From Centroscyllium fabricii (taxonomy: Eukaryota), in the NCBI GenBank assembly GCA_051313645.2, contig JBNRSN020000010.1, positions 36,146,001 to 36,210,000 on the forward strand: a DNA stretch of 64,000 nt. The letters run 5' to 3'. This document shows, piece after piece, positions 12,520-23,978 of this stretch. The number at the start of each line of letters is the position of its first letter. Position 1 is the stretch's first letter. The notes under the pieces are model-generated. The model searched no databases, had not been told where the DNA came from, and saw only the letters and a program-made list of their open reading frames with translations. The position numbers and the translations under genes were made by a program.

Positions 12520-15500
12520 TGTGGTAAACCACTCTTTGTATATATATGTATATATTGTTGTAATCGCCTTTTCGCTATGTTGTATTATAGTTCTCTGTAT
12601 GCGATCACCTGGACATGCCCATGCTGGCCCCGCCTGCAACTCCTCCCTCCCAGGACCTGGTATATAAGCGGCCGTCTCCCTTCCCCCAGCCATTCCTGGC
12701 GACGGTCGACTAGCTGGTGCATGTCCACCTTTAGCTAATAAAAGCCTATAGTTTTCACCTCTTAATAACTCGTCTCCGAGGTCGTTAATTCGGTAACAAT
12801 TTTATTAGCTAAATTTGACGATGGAATTGATGCTCAAGCCAGCAACGTTCGAACTGGACCCCCAGACACCAGGCGCATCAAATACCTTTACGCACTGGTT
12901 CGACTGCTTTGATGCATTCATCAAGGCGAACGCAGCGGTCGTCGGGACCAAGGAAGACAAACGGCGTCTTCTCAATGCCCGGGTGGGCCCTCAGGCGTAG
13001 ACGCATCATCGTACGTAGATGCAATCTGGATCCTCAAAGCGAAGTACAACCGGCCACCCAACATCGTCCACGCCAGACACCTCCTGGCTACCAGAAGACA
13101 GCAACCCGGTGAGTCCAACGTGGAGTTCCTACGCACGCTGAGAGTACTCTCCCGGGCCTGTAACTGCAGATCGCAATCAGCCCAGGTCCATGTGGACAGC
13201 CTGATCAGGGACGCGTATGTGACGGGCCTCAGGTCGGACTATATTAGACAAAGGCTGTTAGAACAGAACGGCCTTGACCTGCAGGCGACAGCGGACCTGG
13301 GCAACGCGCTGGATGTGGCATCTCTAAATTTGTCATCATATTCCGGCAACTACGCGGGCCCAGCCCCGACAAATTGGACATCGCCGGCGCCGCGACTGGC
13401 GGAAGAAATGACTGCGGCCGCTCACTCTAAGATGGCCAAATGCTACTTCTGCGGGCAGTCTCAGCATCCGAGACGGAACTGCCCGGCAAAAGACGTGACC
13501 TGCTCGAAATGCGGCAAAAAGGGACACTATGCCAAAGTCTGCAGAGCAACTGCAACGCCGCAACCGAAACCGGGCAGTGCCGCATGTGGGACGTGGGGGC
13601 AGCCATCTTGGACACAGCCATCTTCAATACAGCCCATCGCGTGGCAGCAGACGCCATCTTGGTCTCAGCCACCCCCTCCGCAGTACACCACATGGCGGCA
13701 GCCATCTTGAGGCCAGGCCCCAGACGACTTCTCTATGGATCAAGACGACTCGACCGACCCGATACTAGCATCCGTCACCTTGGATCAGAACAGGGCACAA
13801 CCACTCAGCAGGTCAATGATGACGGTGGAAGTCAACGGACAGGACATCGAGTGCCTCTTTGACAGCGGGAGTACGGTGAGTTTTGTCCACCCAGCAACAG
13901 TAAGGCGCCTCTCTCTTAAGGTTATGCCGGCGAGCCAAAAGATTTCCATGGCATCAAAGTCGGAATCCGCGGACGTCTCCAGACGTTGCGCGGTGGCTCT
14001 AACGGTACAGGGCGTGCACTTTAGCAATATTAAATTTTTCGTGCTGCCGCAGCTCTGCGCTCCATTATTACTAGGCCTGGATTTCCAGTGCCACCTCCAG
14101 AGCGTTACCATGGCGTACGGTGGGCCCCTTCCCCTGCTCACGGTCAGCAACCAGCGCTCCTCGCAGCATCCCCAGCGCGCTACCTGTGGCCTATCGACCC
14201 TTAAGGTCGCCCCTCCCTCGCTCTTTGCTAACCTCACCCCGGACTGCAAGCCCGTCGCCACCAAAAGTAGGCGCTACAGTGCCGGGGACATGGACTTCAT
14301 CAAGTCCGAGGTGAAGGGCCTCCTGAGGGAGGGGGTCATCGAGGCCAGTAACAGCCCTTGGAGGGCGCAGGTAGTGGTGGTGAAGACCGGAGCTAAGAAC
14401 CGGTAGTGGACTATAGCCAGACCATTAACCGGTTCACCCAGTTAGACGCGTACTCTCTTCCCCGGATAGCGGACATGGTAAATCAGATCGCGCAGTTTCG
14501 GGTCTTCTCAACTATAGATCTGAAGTCCGCGTATCACCAGCTCCCCATCCGCCCTGAGGACCGTCTCTATACCGCCTTCGAGGCTGACGGTCGCCTCTAT
14601 CACTTCCTCAGGGTTCCGTTTGGCGTCACGAATGGGGTCTCGGTCTTCCAAAGGGAGATGGACCGAATGGTCGATCAGTACGGGCTGCGGGCCACTTTTC
14701 CGTATCTCGATAATGTGACCATCTGCGGCCACGATCAGCAGGACCATGACGCCAACTTCCAGAAATTTCTCCACACCGCCAAAACACTCAACCTGACCTA
14801 TAACACTGAAAAATGTGTGTTCAGGACCACCCGCCTCGCCATCCTCAGCAGTGTTGTGGAGAATGGGGTCATCGGTCCCGACCCAGACCGCATGCGCCCC
14901 CTCCTGGAGCTCCCCCTCCCCCACTCCCTCAAGGCCCTGAAAAGGTGCCTGGGGTTTTTCGCCTATTATGCCCAGTGGGTCCCCAACTATGCGGACAAAG
15001 CTCGCCCACTACTCAAATCAACCTCATTCCCCCTGTCAGCAGATGCCCGCATGGCGTTCTGCGGCATTAAGGACGACATTGCAAAGGCAACGATGCACGC
15101 CGTGGACGAGTCCATCCCGTTCCAGGTTGAGAGTGATGCATCGGACTTTGCCCTGGCCGCCACCCTTAACCAGGCGGGCAGACCCATGGCCTTCTTCTCA
15201 CGTACCCTCCAGGGCCCCGAGACCCGTCACTCTTCCGTTGAGAAGGAGGCCCAGGCCATTGTTGAAGCAGTGCGTCACTGGAAGCACTACCTGGCCGGCA
15301 AACGATTTACCCTGCTGACTGACCAACGCTCAGTCGCTTTTATGTTCAACAACAAAGAGCGGGGTAAAATCAAGAATGACAAGATACTGAGGTGGAGAAT
15401 TGAGCTCTCCGCTTTCAATTATGATATCTTGTACCGGCCCGGGAAATTCAACGAACCCCCAGATGCCTTATCACGCGGTACATGTGCCAGCGCACAAGTG

Positions 15501-17088
15501 GACCGTCTCCAAACCCTGCACAACGACCTCTGCCACCCGGGGGTCACCAGGTTGGTCCACTTTGTTAAGTCCCGCAACCTCCCCTACTCCATCGAGGAGG
15601 TCAAGACCATGACCAGGAACTGCCAGGTCTGTGCGGAGTGCAAGCCGCACTTCTTTCGGCCAGACCGGGCGCACCTGATCAAGGCCACCCGCCCCTTTGA
15701 ACGACTCAGCGTCGATTTTAAAGGGCCCCTTCCCTCGTCCAACAGAAACGTGTATTTTTTGAACGTCATCGACGAGTGCTCGCGTTTCCCCTTCGCCATT
15801 CCCTGCCCGGACATGACCTCTGCCACTGTCATCAAGGCCCTCCACAGCATTTTCTCCCTGTTCGGCTACCCCAGCTACATCCATAGCGACCGGGGGGCCT
15901 CTTTCATGAGTGACGAGCTGCGTCAGTTTCTGCTAGCCAAAGGCATCGCGACTAGCAGGACTACCAGCTACAACCCCCGGGGGAACGGACAGGTAGAGAG
16001 GGAGAACGCCACGGTCTGGAAGGCCATCCTGTTAGCCCTATGGTCTAAAGGCCTCCCAGTCTCCCGCTGGCAGGACGTCGTCCCTGAAGCGCTCCACTCC
16101 ATCCGGTCACTCCTTTGTACGGCCACTAACACCACCCCTCACGAGCGACTTTTTGCCTTCCCTAGGAAGTCGGCTTCCGGGACCTCGCTGCCGTCATGGC
16201 TATCATCCCCGGGACCAGTCCTACTCAGGAAGCACGTGAGGGGCCACAAGTCAGACCCCCTGGTCGAACGGGTCCACCTCCTGCACGCCAATCCCCAGTA
16301 CGCCTACGTGGCGTATCCCGACGGGAGGGAGGACACCGTGTCCATCAAGGACCTGGCACCAGCGAGGGCCCCCAAAACCAGCCCCGCCCAGCAGCCCGCG
16401 CCCCCGCGCCTGCCAGCCACCCCACCTGGGCCACTGGCACCAAGGTACGCTCCCCAGTACGAGAATCCGGCACCACGGTACGTCCACCCGTAGGCAGCAC
16501 GGCATGGCCTCCGGCATGGCTCCATAGTGCACGCCCCCTAGAGTCAGACGACAAGGGGGAGAGCGCGCCGCCAACCGTCACCGCAAAGGCACCGACGAGG
16601 AACCGACCAACTCAACCGGCTATCTTACGCCCACCGACACCACCACCAGCGGTGCGACCAACTCGACCGGCTATCTTACGCCCGCCGACACCACCACCAG
16701 CGATGCGCCGGTCAACCAGGCTTACCAGGCCGCCTGAAAGACTGAACTTATAACTTAAAAGAACTGTCGCATTCACCCCGCTGGACTTTCATTTTAAAGG
16801 AGGGGTGAATGTGATAAACCACTCTTTGTATATATATGTATATATTGTTGTAATCGCCTTTTCACTATGTTGTATTATAGTTCTCTGTATGCGATCACCT
16901 GGACATGCCCATGCTGGCCCCGCCTGCGACTCCTCCCTCCCAGGACCTGGTATATAAGCGGCCGTCTCCCTTCCCCCAGCCATTCCTGGGGACGGTCGAC
17001 TAGCTGGTGCAGGTCCACCTTTAGCTAATAAAAGCCTATAGTTTTCACCTCTTAATAACTCGTCTCCGAGGTCGTTAATTCGGTAACA
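12520..17088 (+). mobile_element. Gypsy (Mag-like) LTR retrotransposon A, full length, non-tRNA PBS
   Basis: 279-bp LTRs at 12520-12798 and 16810-17088 (about 5 differences by eye). 5-bp TSD GACGT, PPT aaaggaggggtgaa. Gag has two CCHC knuckles, followed by PR FDSGS, RT YLDN, RH and IN. Confidence 0.95.
12821..16753 (+). pseudogene. Single gag-pol ORF of element A with a few disabling lesions
   Basis: ATG at 12821, break near 13000, in-frame TGA at 13708-13710, frameshift near 14404, then a 695-aa RT-RH-IN ORF (14406-16493). C-terminal RPPERLNL. Confidence 0.9.
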
Positions 17089-17477
17089 GACGTATCCCGA
17101 GAGGTTTCGTCACGTGACCTCCTGCCGCGACCTGCCACGCTGCCGCACATTCGCCATTGGTCGCTCAACATCTCCATCCTCGTTGCGTCCCGCCTTTCCA
17201 CGGCCAATTGGCAAACAAACGAACTCTTCATTACCCGAGTGGCTGATTCTTCACTCTCAGTCAAACAGCCTTCCCTCCCCCCATCTCCAAGATTTTTATA
17301 ACTAATAAACAAAAATATTCAAAGAAATGTTTTAATTTGTTTTTTAAAGACCCAACGATTTTTCTCCTGGGTTGCTCGCAGCAGTGCCCAGGAGATTAAT
17401 CTTTAATTCCCGGAGACTCCAGGTCAATCCTAGAGTGTTGGCAACCCTAGGGAGAGAGAGAGAGACAGAAACGGATT

Positions 17478-17511
17478 CATGTTTCAGGTCGATGACCTTT
17501 CATCAGAACTG
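17478..17511 (-). ncRNA. Minimal hammerhead ribozyme motif (Penelope pLTR)
   Basis: Minus strand CUGAUGA-A-[AGGUC auc GACCU]-GAAA. Stem III is degenerate. Confidence 0.6.
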
Positions 17512-17795
17512 AAAGAAGTTAGAGATTTAAGCAAATACAAAGCCAGGGAAAGGGAACGGTGCGGGGGTGGACAGGGCGCGGAGGGCGGGGAGAGGAAACA
17601 ACAAAAGGAAAGGTCTGGGATAGGGTTGCGGGCAGGAGTGATTAAAGGACAAAAGGGATGATGGTACAAGGCAAAAGAAGGTGATAATGGGACAAGCGCG
17701 CAAACAAAAGATCCAGAGGAGGTGTAAATGGTTACAGAATGTCAAAGAGAAAATGGGTGATACAGATAAAGTGATATAGAAACAAAAAGCACTCG

Positions 17796-18654
17796 AAGCC
17801 CACTGACTCCCACAGCTACCTGGACTACACTTCCTCCCACCTCGCCTCCTGTAAGGACTCTATTCCATTCTCCCAGTTTCTCCGTCTCCGCCGCATCTGC
17901 TCTGACGATGCCACCTTCCACACCAGTGCTTCCGATATGTCTTCCTTTTTCGTCAACCGAGGATTCCCCTCTACTGTGGTTGACACGGCCCTCAACTGTG
18001 TCCGTTCTATCTCCCGCACTTCTGCCTTCACCCCTGCCCCTCCCTCCCGGAACCACGATAGGGTTCCCCTTGTCCTCACCTATCACTCCACCAGCCTCCA
18101 CATTCAGTGGATCATCCTCCGCCATTTCCGCCACTTCCAGCGTGATCCCACCACCAAACACATCTTCCCCTCACCTCTCCTTTCAGCATTCTATAGGGAC
18201 CACTCCCTCTGAGACACCCTAGTCCACTCCTTTACCACCCCCAGCACCCCTTCCCCTTTGCCCGGCACCTTCCCGTGCAAGCGCAGGAGATGCAACACAT
18301 GCCCTTATACCTCCCCCCTTCCCACTGTCCAGGGCCCCAAACACCCCTTCCAGGTTAAACAGCGATTTACGTGTACTTCCTGCAATCTAGTATACTGTAT
18401 TCGCTGCTCACGATGTGGTCTCCTCCTACATTGGGGAGACCAAACGCAGATTGGGTGACTGCTTTGCAGAACACCTCCGTTCAGTCCGTAAGGCCTGTCA
18501 CTTTAATTCTCCACTCCACTCCCATTCAGACCTCACTGTCTGTGGCCTGCTGCATTGTTCCATGAAAGCCCAGCATAAACTTGAGGAACAGCACCTCATC
18601 TTTCGCTTAGGCACTCTACAGCCCTCTGGACTAAACAGAGTTCAACAATTTTAG
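17796..18654 (+). pseudogene. Penelope-like RT C-terminus plus GIY-YIG endonuclease
   Basis: KPTDSHSYLDY, FSQFLRLRRICS, PLVLTYH, Cys cluster CKRRRCNTC, NLVYCIRCSRCG / YIGETKRRL...EH, LGTLQPSGLN. Contains a stop and frameshifts. Confidence 0.88.
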
Positions 18655-18687
18655 ATCATAACCTCGGCCCCTATCACATTTTTATGG

Positions 18688-20379
18688 CTACTATGCACGG
18701 TTTGAGGCCACAAACAACATGCCCGCTCTGAAAGCCCTGCCACAACCTGGTGAACAGGCTCTGTGTCTCACCTCAACCAGCGTGAGGAGAGCCCTGTCCC
18801 GGACTAACCCCCGCAAGGCCACAGGACCGGACAACATCCCTGGACGGGTACTCAGGAATTGTGCAGTGCAGCTGGCAGATGTCTTCACAGACATCTATAA
18901 CACCTCTCTGCAGCAGGCTGTTGTTCCACAGTGCCTCAAGTCTGCCATCATCATACCTGTGCCAAAGAAGGCTCCTGTATCATGCCTTAATGACTATCGC
19001 CCCATAGCACTGACTTCCATCATAATGAAGTGCTTTGAGAGGCTGGTCATGCAGCATATCAGGACCATTCTGCCCCCAACCATGGACCCCCATCAATATG
19101 CATATCGGGCAAACAGGTCTACAGATGATGCCGTATCAACTGCCCTGCACCTGGCACTAACACATCTGGAAAAGAAGGACACATACGTCAGAATGTTGTT
19201 CATCGACTTCAGCTCCGCCTTTAACACCATCATCCCACAACAGCTGATTGGGAAGCTAAGTACACTTGGCTTCAACACACCTCTCTGCAACTGGATACTG
19301 GACTTTCTCACCTGCAGGCCACAGTCAGTCAAGATAGGAGGAACTACATCGAACACCATCACACTGAGCACCGGCTCCCCCCAGGGCTGTGTGCTCAGCC
19401 CCCTCCTGTTTACCTTGCTGACCCACGACTGCTCTGCCAGGTTCAGCTCCAACCACTTCATCAAATTTGCTGACGACACAACGATGGTGGGACTCGTCAC
19501 AAATGAAGATGAATCAAACTACAGAGAGGAAGTGCAGCAGCTACTCACGTGGTGTAACAACAACAACCTCTCCTTAAATGTGGAGAAGACAAAGGAGATG
19601 GTCATCGACTTCAGAAAAGGCCGCAGGGTGCACGCCCCACTGACCATCAACGGGAATGCTGTCGAAAGAGTCGGCAGCACCAAGTTCCTGGGGGTGCACA
19701 TTGCTGACAATCTGAACTGGTCCATCAACACCACAGCCCTCACCAAGAAAGCCCAACAATGCCTCCACTTCCTGCGAAGACTGAGAAAAGTGAACTCCAC
19801 CCCATCCATCATGACAACATTCTACAGAGGGACTATTGAGAGCATCCTCACACACTGCATCACACTCTGGTATGGGAACTGTACAGCCGCTGACCGTAAG
19901 TCCCTACAGAGAATAGTGAGAGCAGCAGAAAAGATCATAGGTGTCTCTCTCCCCCTCCTTGCTGCATCAGGAAGGCCACCAACATAATGGCAGACCCCTC
20001 ACATCCCTCCCACCACCTCTTTGCACCCCTACCATCGGGCAAGAGGCTACGGAGCATCCGGGCAAGATCCACCAGACTATGTAACAGCTTCTTCCCCCAA
20101 GCTATCAGAACATTGAACACGCTCCCAGCGTTGCCCTCCATTCCCCCTCACCGATACCAGGGGATAAGAAACACATAGCACTTCAACACCAGCACTCTTT
20201 AAATCAAGCACTAGCACTTTTAATGCTGCTCTCTATGTTTTAATGTTTTTATGTCTTTTAAGGTGTCCTTTTATGTTGTTGCCTTTACATTTTTGATCTT
20301 ATGGAGAAACGGTATTTCGCTACCATCTATGCAGACTGTGTATATGGAATGTGACAAATAAACCTGATTCTGATTCTGA
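18688..20379 (+). mobile_element. 5'-truncated Rex1/Babar-type LINE
   Basis: 422-aa RT ORF 18719-19987 ([38 protein letters not shown]). 3' end has AATAAA plus a (CTGATT)n tail. Confidence 0.9.
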
Positions 20380-20619
20380 TATATATATTTTCTCTCTTTT
20401 TTCAATCCGCACTTTTGTCTGGGCTTTTTTTCTTTTTTCTTCTCTCTGCCAGAGCCGTTCACACCTTCAGAGCCATCCTGTGTTCCTTGAATTTCTCTTG
20501 ATGTTTCTCTGTCTCTTTATCTCCCCTGCCTTCAAAAGCCTGTTGCTGACCTCCCCATTGATCTTTCAGCCACTCCCCCTTTCCCCAGCCCCTACCAGCT
20601 TTCAAATTTATCCCCTCTC

Positions 20620-20660
20620 CAGTTCTGAAGAAAGGCCATCGACCTGAAACGTTAATTCTG
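20620..20660 (+). ncRNA. Minimal hammerhead ribozyme motif (Penelope pLTR)
   Basis: CUGAAGA-A-[AGG...CCU]-GAAA-CGUU with palindromic stem III AACGUU. Confidence 0.62.
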
Positions 20661-20780
20661 TTTCTCTCTCCACCGATGCTGCCTGGCCTGCTGAGTTTTT
20701 CCAGCGTTTTCTGTTGTTATTTAGAAACAAAAAATGCTGGAGATACTCAGCAGGCCAGGTAGCATCTGTGGAGAGAGAAA

Positions 20781-20820
20781 CAGAGTTAGCGTTTCAGGTC
20801 GATGACTCTTCGTCAGTTCT
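20781..20820 (-). ncRNA. Minimal hammerhead ribozyme motif (inverted pLTR)
   Basis: Minus strand CUGACGA-A-gaGUC auc GACcu-GAAA-CGCU. Confidence 0.5.
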
Positions 20821-21045
20821 GTTCTGTTTCTTTCTATTTCAGATTTCCAGCATCCGCAGTATTTTGCTTTTGTGCAGATAAAGTGATGTTGCTCTGCCAT
20901 TCTCTCTCCTCCACCTCCCCCCTCCCCCCCCACCCCCCCCCCCCACGCCCCAAAAGCTCATTCCAGACTTCCTCACACTCTCCAAAGGTTCTTTGTATGT
21001 TACTGTTAGCGCCGGGAAAGCAGTGCTCGGAGACCAACCACTTGA

Positions 21046-22010
21046 GGCCCTACAACCCTCCGAGATCTCTATGCTCCTCCAATTCTGGCCTCTTGCACAT
21101 CCCTGATTTCAATCACTCCACCATTGGCGGCTGTACCTTCAGCTGCCTCAGCCCTAAGTGCTGGAATTCCCTCCCTAAACCTCTCCGCTGCTCTACCTCT
21201 CTCTCCTCCTTTGAGACGCTCCTTAAAATCTGCCTCTTTGACCAAGCTTTTGGCCACCTGTCCTAAAATTTCCTTATGTGCTCAGTGTCAAATGTTGTTT
21301 CATGTAAAGCACTTTGGGACGTTTTACTACTTTTAAGACGCTATATAAATACAAGTTGTTGTTGTTGTTGTTTTTGAGTCCACTGTAGGTTCAAAGAGGA
21401 AAGAAAGAACTTGCATTTATACAATGCCTTTCACAACCTCATTTAGGGTGACAATTCACTGCAGTACTAAGGGAGTGCCATCTTTTGGATGAGAAATTAA
21501 ACCAAATCTGCTCTCTCAGGTGGACATAAAAGATCCCATGGCACTATTTCGAGGAAGAACAGGGGAGTTCTCCCCAGTGGCCTGGCCAATATTTATCCCT
21601 CAACCAACATCACTAAAAAAAATCACATATTAACTGATTATCACGTTGCTGTTTGTGGGAGCTTGCTGTGCGCAAATTGGCTGCCGTGCTTCCCACATTA
21701 CAACAGTGACTACACGTCAAAATGATTTAATTGGCTGTAAGGCGCTTTGGGATATTCTGAGGTCGTGAAAGGCGCTATAGAAATGCAAGTCTTTCTTTCA
21801 TTCTTTCTTTGCCTTTCCGCCTCTCGACCTCTCCTCTTTTAAGACGCTTCTTAAAACCTACCAGTTTGGCCAAGCATTTCTTCACTTGTCCTAATATCTC
21901 CTTATGTGGCTCGGTGTCAAATTTTGTTTGATTACATTCCTGTGAAGGTCCTTGGGATGTTTTACTATGTTAAAGGGGCTGTGTAAATACAAGTTGTTGT
22001 TGTTGGTTGA
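21046..22010 (+). mobile_element. Cluster of L2 3' fragments and a partial DeuSINE
   Basis: L2 tail at 21046-21370 with (gtt)n, Deu-domain SINE at ~21450-21800, second L2 tail at ~21820-22010. Confidence 0.65.
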
Positions 22011-22515
22011 TAACGGGATCCTTTGAAGAACACCGTCTCAGGGGAATGAGTAATTTTGGGTGGCAGTGGTGAGGGAGGGAAGGGTCAAGAAGTTGAAAAG
22101 GGAAGAGACAGAGTCTGGATGAGGAGACTTGCCAAGGCCTCGGCTCGTATGACTTGAGACAAATTAGGCTCCCTATGAAGCATTGGGTCCATTCAGTGAA
22201 ACAAATTGGAGTTGGAAGTTCTGCTGCCTGGACGCTGTTAAATCAAAGAGATCATGTTTCTTGAAGGACCCAGGGTCAAGAGGAGTATCTGGCAAGACAT
22301 ACCCACTCAAGCTGTTGAGAAAGGAATCGTGCCTGTTGTGACTCTGCCCAAAATTCCATTTTTTTAGCCTTTCTTTTATATCTTTCTCCCTTTCCTCCCA
22401 CTTCCCTCTGTGGTTTGGGAGTCACTAGCTGTTCTTTTCCTTGCGGTTTGGTGCTCCCTTGGCATTGTCCAATGCCAGTCTTTCCCAAATGGGATGAGTT
22501 GGTAGTCTACCGAAC

Positions 22516-22945
22516 CACAACAACTTGCATTTATATAGTGCCTCTAATGTAGTAAAATGCCTCAAGACGCATCACAGGAGCGATTATCTGACAAAGTTTG
22601 ATGCCAAAAATTTGACACCGAGCAGTATAAGGAGATATTAGGACAGGTGACCAAAAGCTTGTTCAAAGAGTAGGTGTTAAGGAGCATCTTACAGGAAGGA
22701 AGAGAGGTAAAGAATCGGGGTAGGTTAGGGAGGGAATTCCAGAGCTTAGGGCCGAGGCAGCTGAAGGCACAGCCGCCAATGGTGCAGTGAAGGGAGTGTG
22801 GGGGGCGGGGGGAGAGACCAGAGTTGGATAACGCAGAGTTCTCGGAGGGTTGTAGCGTTTTCAGAGATAGGGACGGGCGCGTCCATGGAGGGAGCTGAAC
22901 ATTGCTGGACCAAGAGCCAATGTAGGTCAGCAAGTACAGGGGTGA
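22516..22945 (-). mobile_element. L2 LINE 3' fragment
   Basis: Reverse complement of the L2 tail. Peptide IGGCAFSCLGPKLWNSLP. Confidence 0.65.
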
Positions 22946-23114
22946 CAAATTACCTTGCCCACTACTTGCCTAACCCCCATCTAAAAACATTCCTGGGGGA
23001 CAGGTAACCACAGGATGGGAATGGTGACCGAGTCTGTGCCCCTGCCATTCTGCAGCATGGTGCAGTACGAGTCTTGGGTAGGGACAGCTAGAGAAGTAAA
23101 GCCCATCTGCTGCC

Positions 23115-23454
23115 TGGGGCTTCCAACCCTCCGAGATTGCCCTGGCATCTCCAGGAATGAAAGACCACGCTCCAGGACACTGCTGCAAGCAAACCCAGGG
23201 GAAAAATCACAGAGACATTAAAAAAACTGTGTTTAAAAAAAATAAAAAATTTCTTTGAACATTTTTGTTTACTCGTTATAAAAATATTGGATCTAGGGTG
23301 TGGGGCGAATCATGAAATGGAGAGGCTGCGCACTTTGCGATTGGCTGGGGAAGGTGAGGCACAGCGAGGTTGGGTGACCAATGGCGGGTGTGTGGGGGTG
23401 GGGCGGTTGGAGGCAGGAGGTCATGTGGTGAAGGCTCCAAGAGTTGGCAACCCT
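23115..23454. mobile_element. hAT Blackjack-like MITE
   Basis: Termini ggggcttccaac / gttggcaaccct. Homologous to 36414-36798 and 50643-51037. Confidence 0.65.
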
Positions 23455-23978
23455 CAGTTGCCTGAAACAAAACCCTGATAGATACCGGATGCGGCTACTT
23501 CCCATTGGATGGTGGAAGGGGATTCGCTGCGTAGGTGAAGGGGTTTACTTCAATGGGTAAAGCAACAGTTATGCCAATGGTACAACGTCGGGCAGTGCTG
23601 TGGGATAGTTCTGGGGAGGGGTAACATCTCTTCTGTGCACCAGGTGCAGTGAGAGTGTGAGACCATTCATTAATTTATGATTCACTCTAGCTGACACCCA
23701 GCCCAAGCAAACCGGACTTGGAACAATTTGATTGGGTAGTATGGAAGTTACAGGTGACTTTATATTGCACTGGAACCAGATTCGTGCCAGTGGTGACAGC
23801 TTGTGATGGGCCTTGCCCAGCTGGTAGCCCTTGAAAGTAAACGTGCCCCAGGGTCACGGGCAGAATGCAACTGCTCAGAGTTTAACAGTATGTACTGTAT
23901 AGTTGGGTTAATATCATGGAATTTTACTTGATGTTCTTTAGGAAAGAAGGAGGTGCTTTTTGATGTGTCTTCTAGTGC

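Larger units (their letters stand above)
12494..17449. mobile_element. hAT Blackjack-like MITE split by Gypsy (12494-12519 and 17089-17449)
   Basis: Termini TAGGGTCACCAA / TTGGCAACCCTA. Internal sequence is colinear with the intact copy at 50643-51037. Confidence 0.72.
12441..20870 (+). mobile_element. Penelope-like element with inverted pseudo-LTRs, interrupted by a MITE+Gypsy and a Rex1 LINE
   Basis: Inverted pLTR piece at 12441-12493 continues at 17450-17740. RT C-terminus/GIY-YIG at 17796-18654. 3' UTR/pLTR at 20380-20720, followed by an inverted copy to ~20820. Confidence 0.78.

Noticed and set aside
13708-13710. Possible programmed stop read-through between gag and pol in element A
   Set aside because: The TGA sits in a repeated CAGCCATCTTGG unit (TGG to TGA), and elements B and D have stops at other positions. 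This fits random decay.
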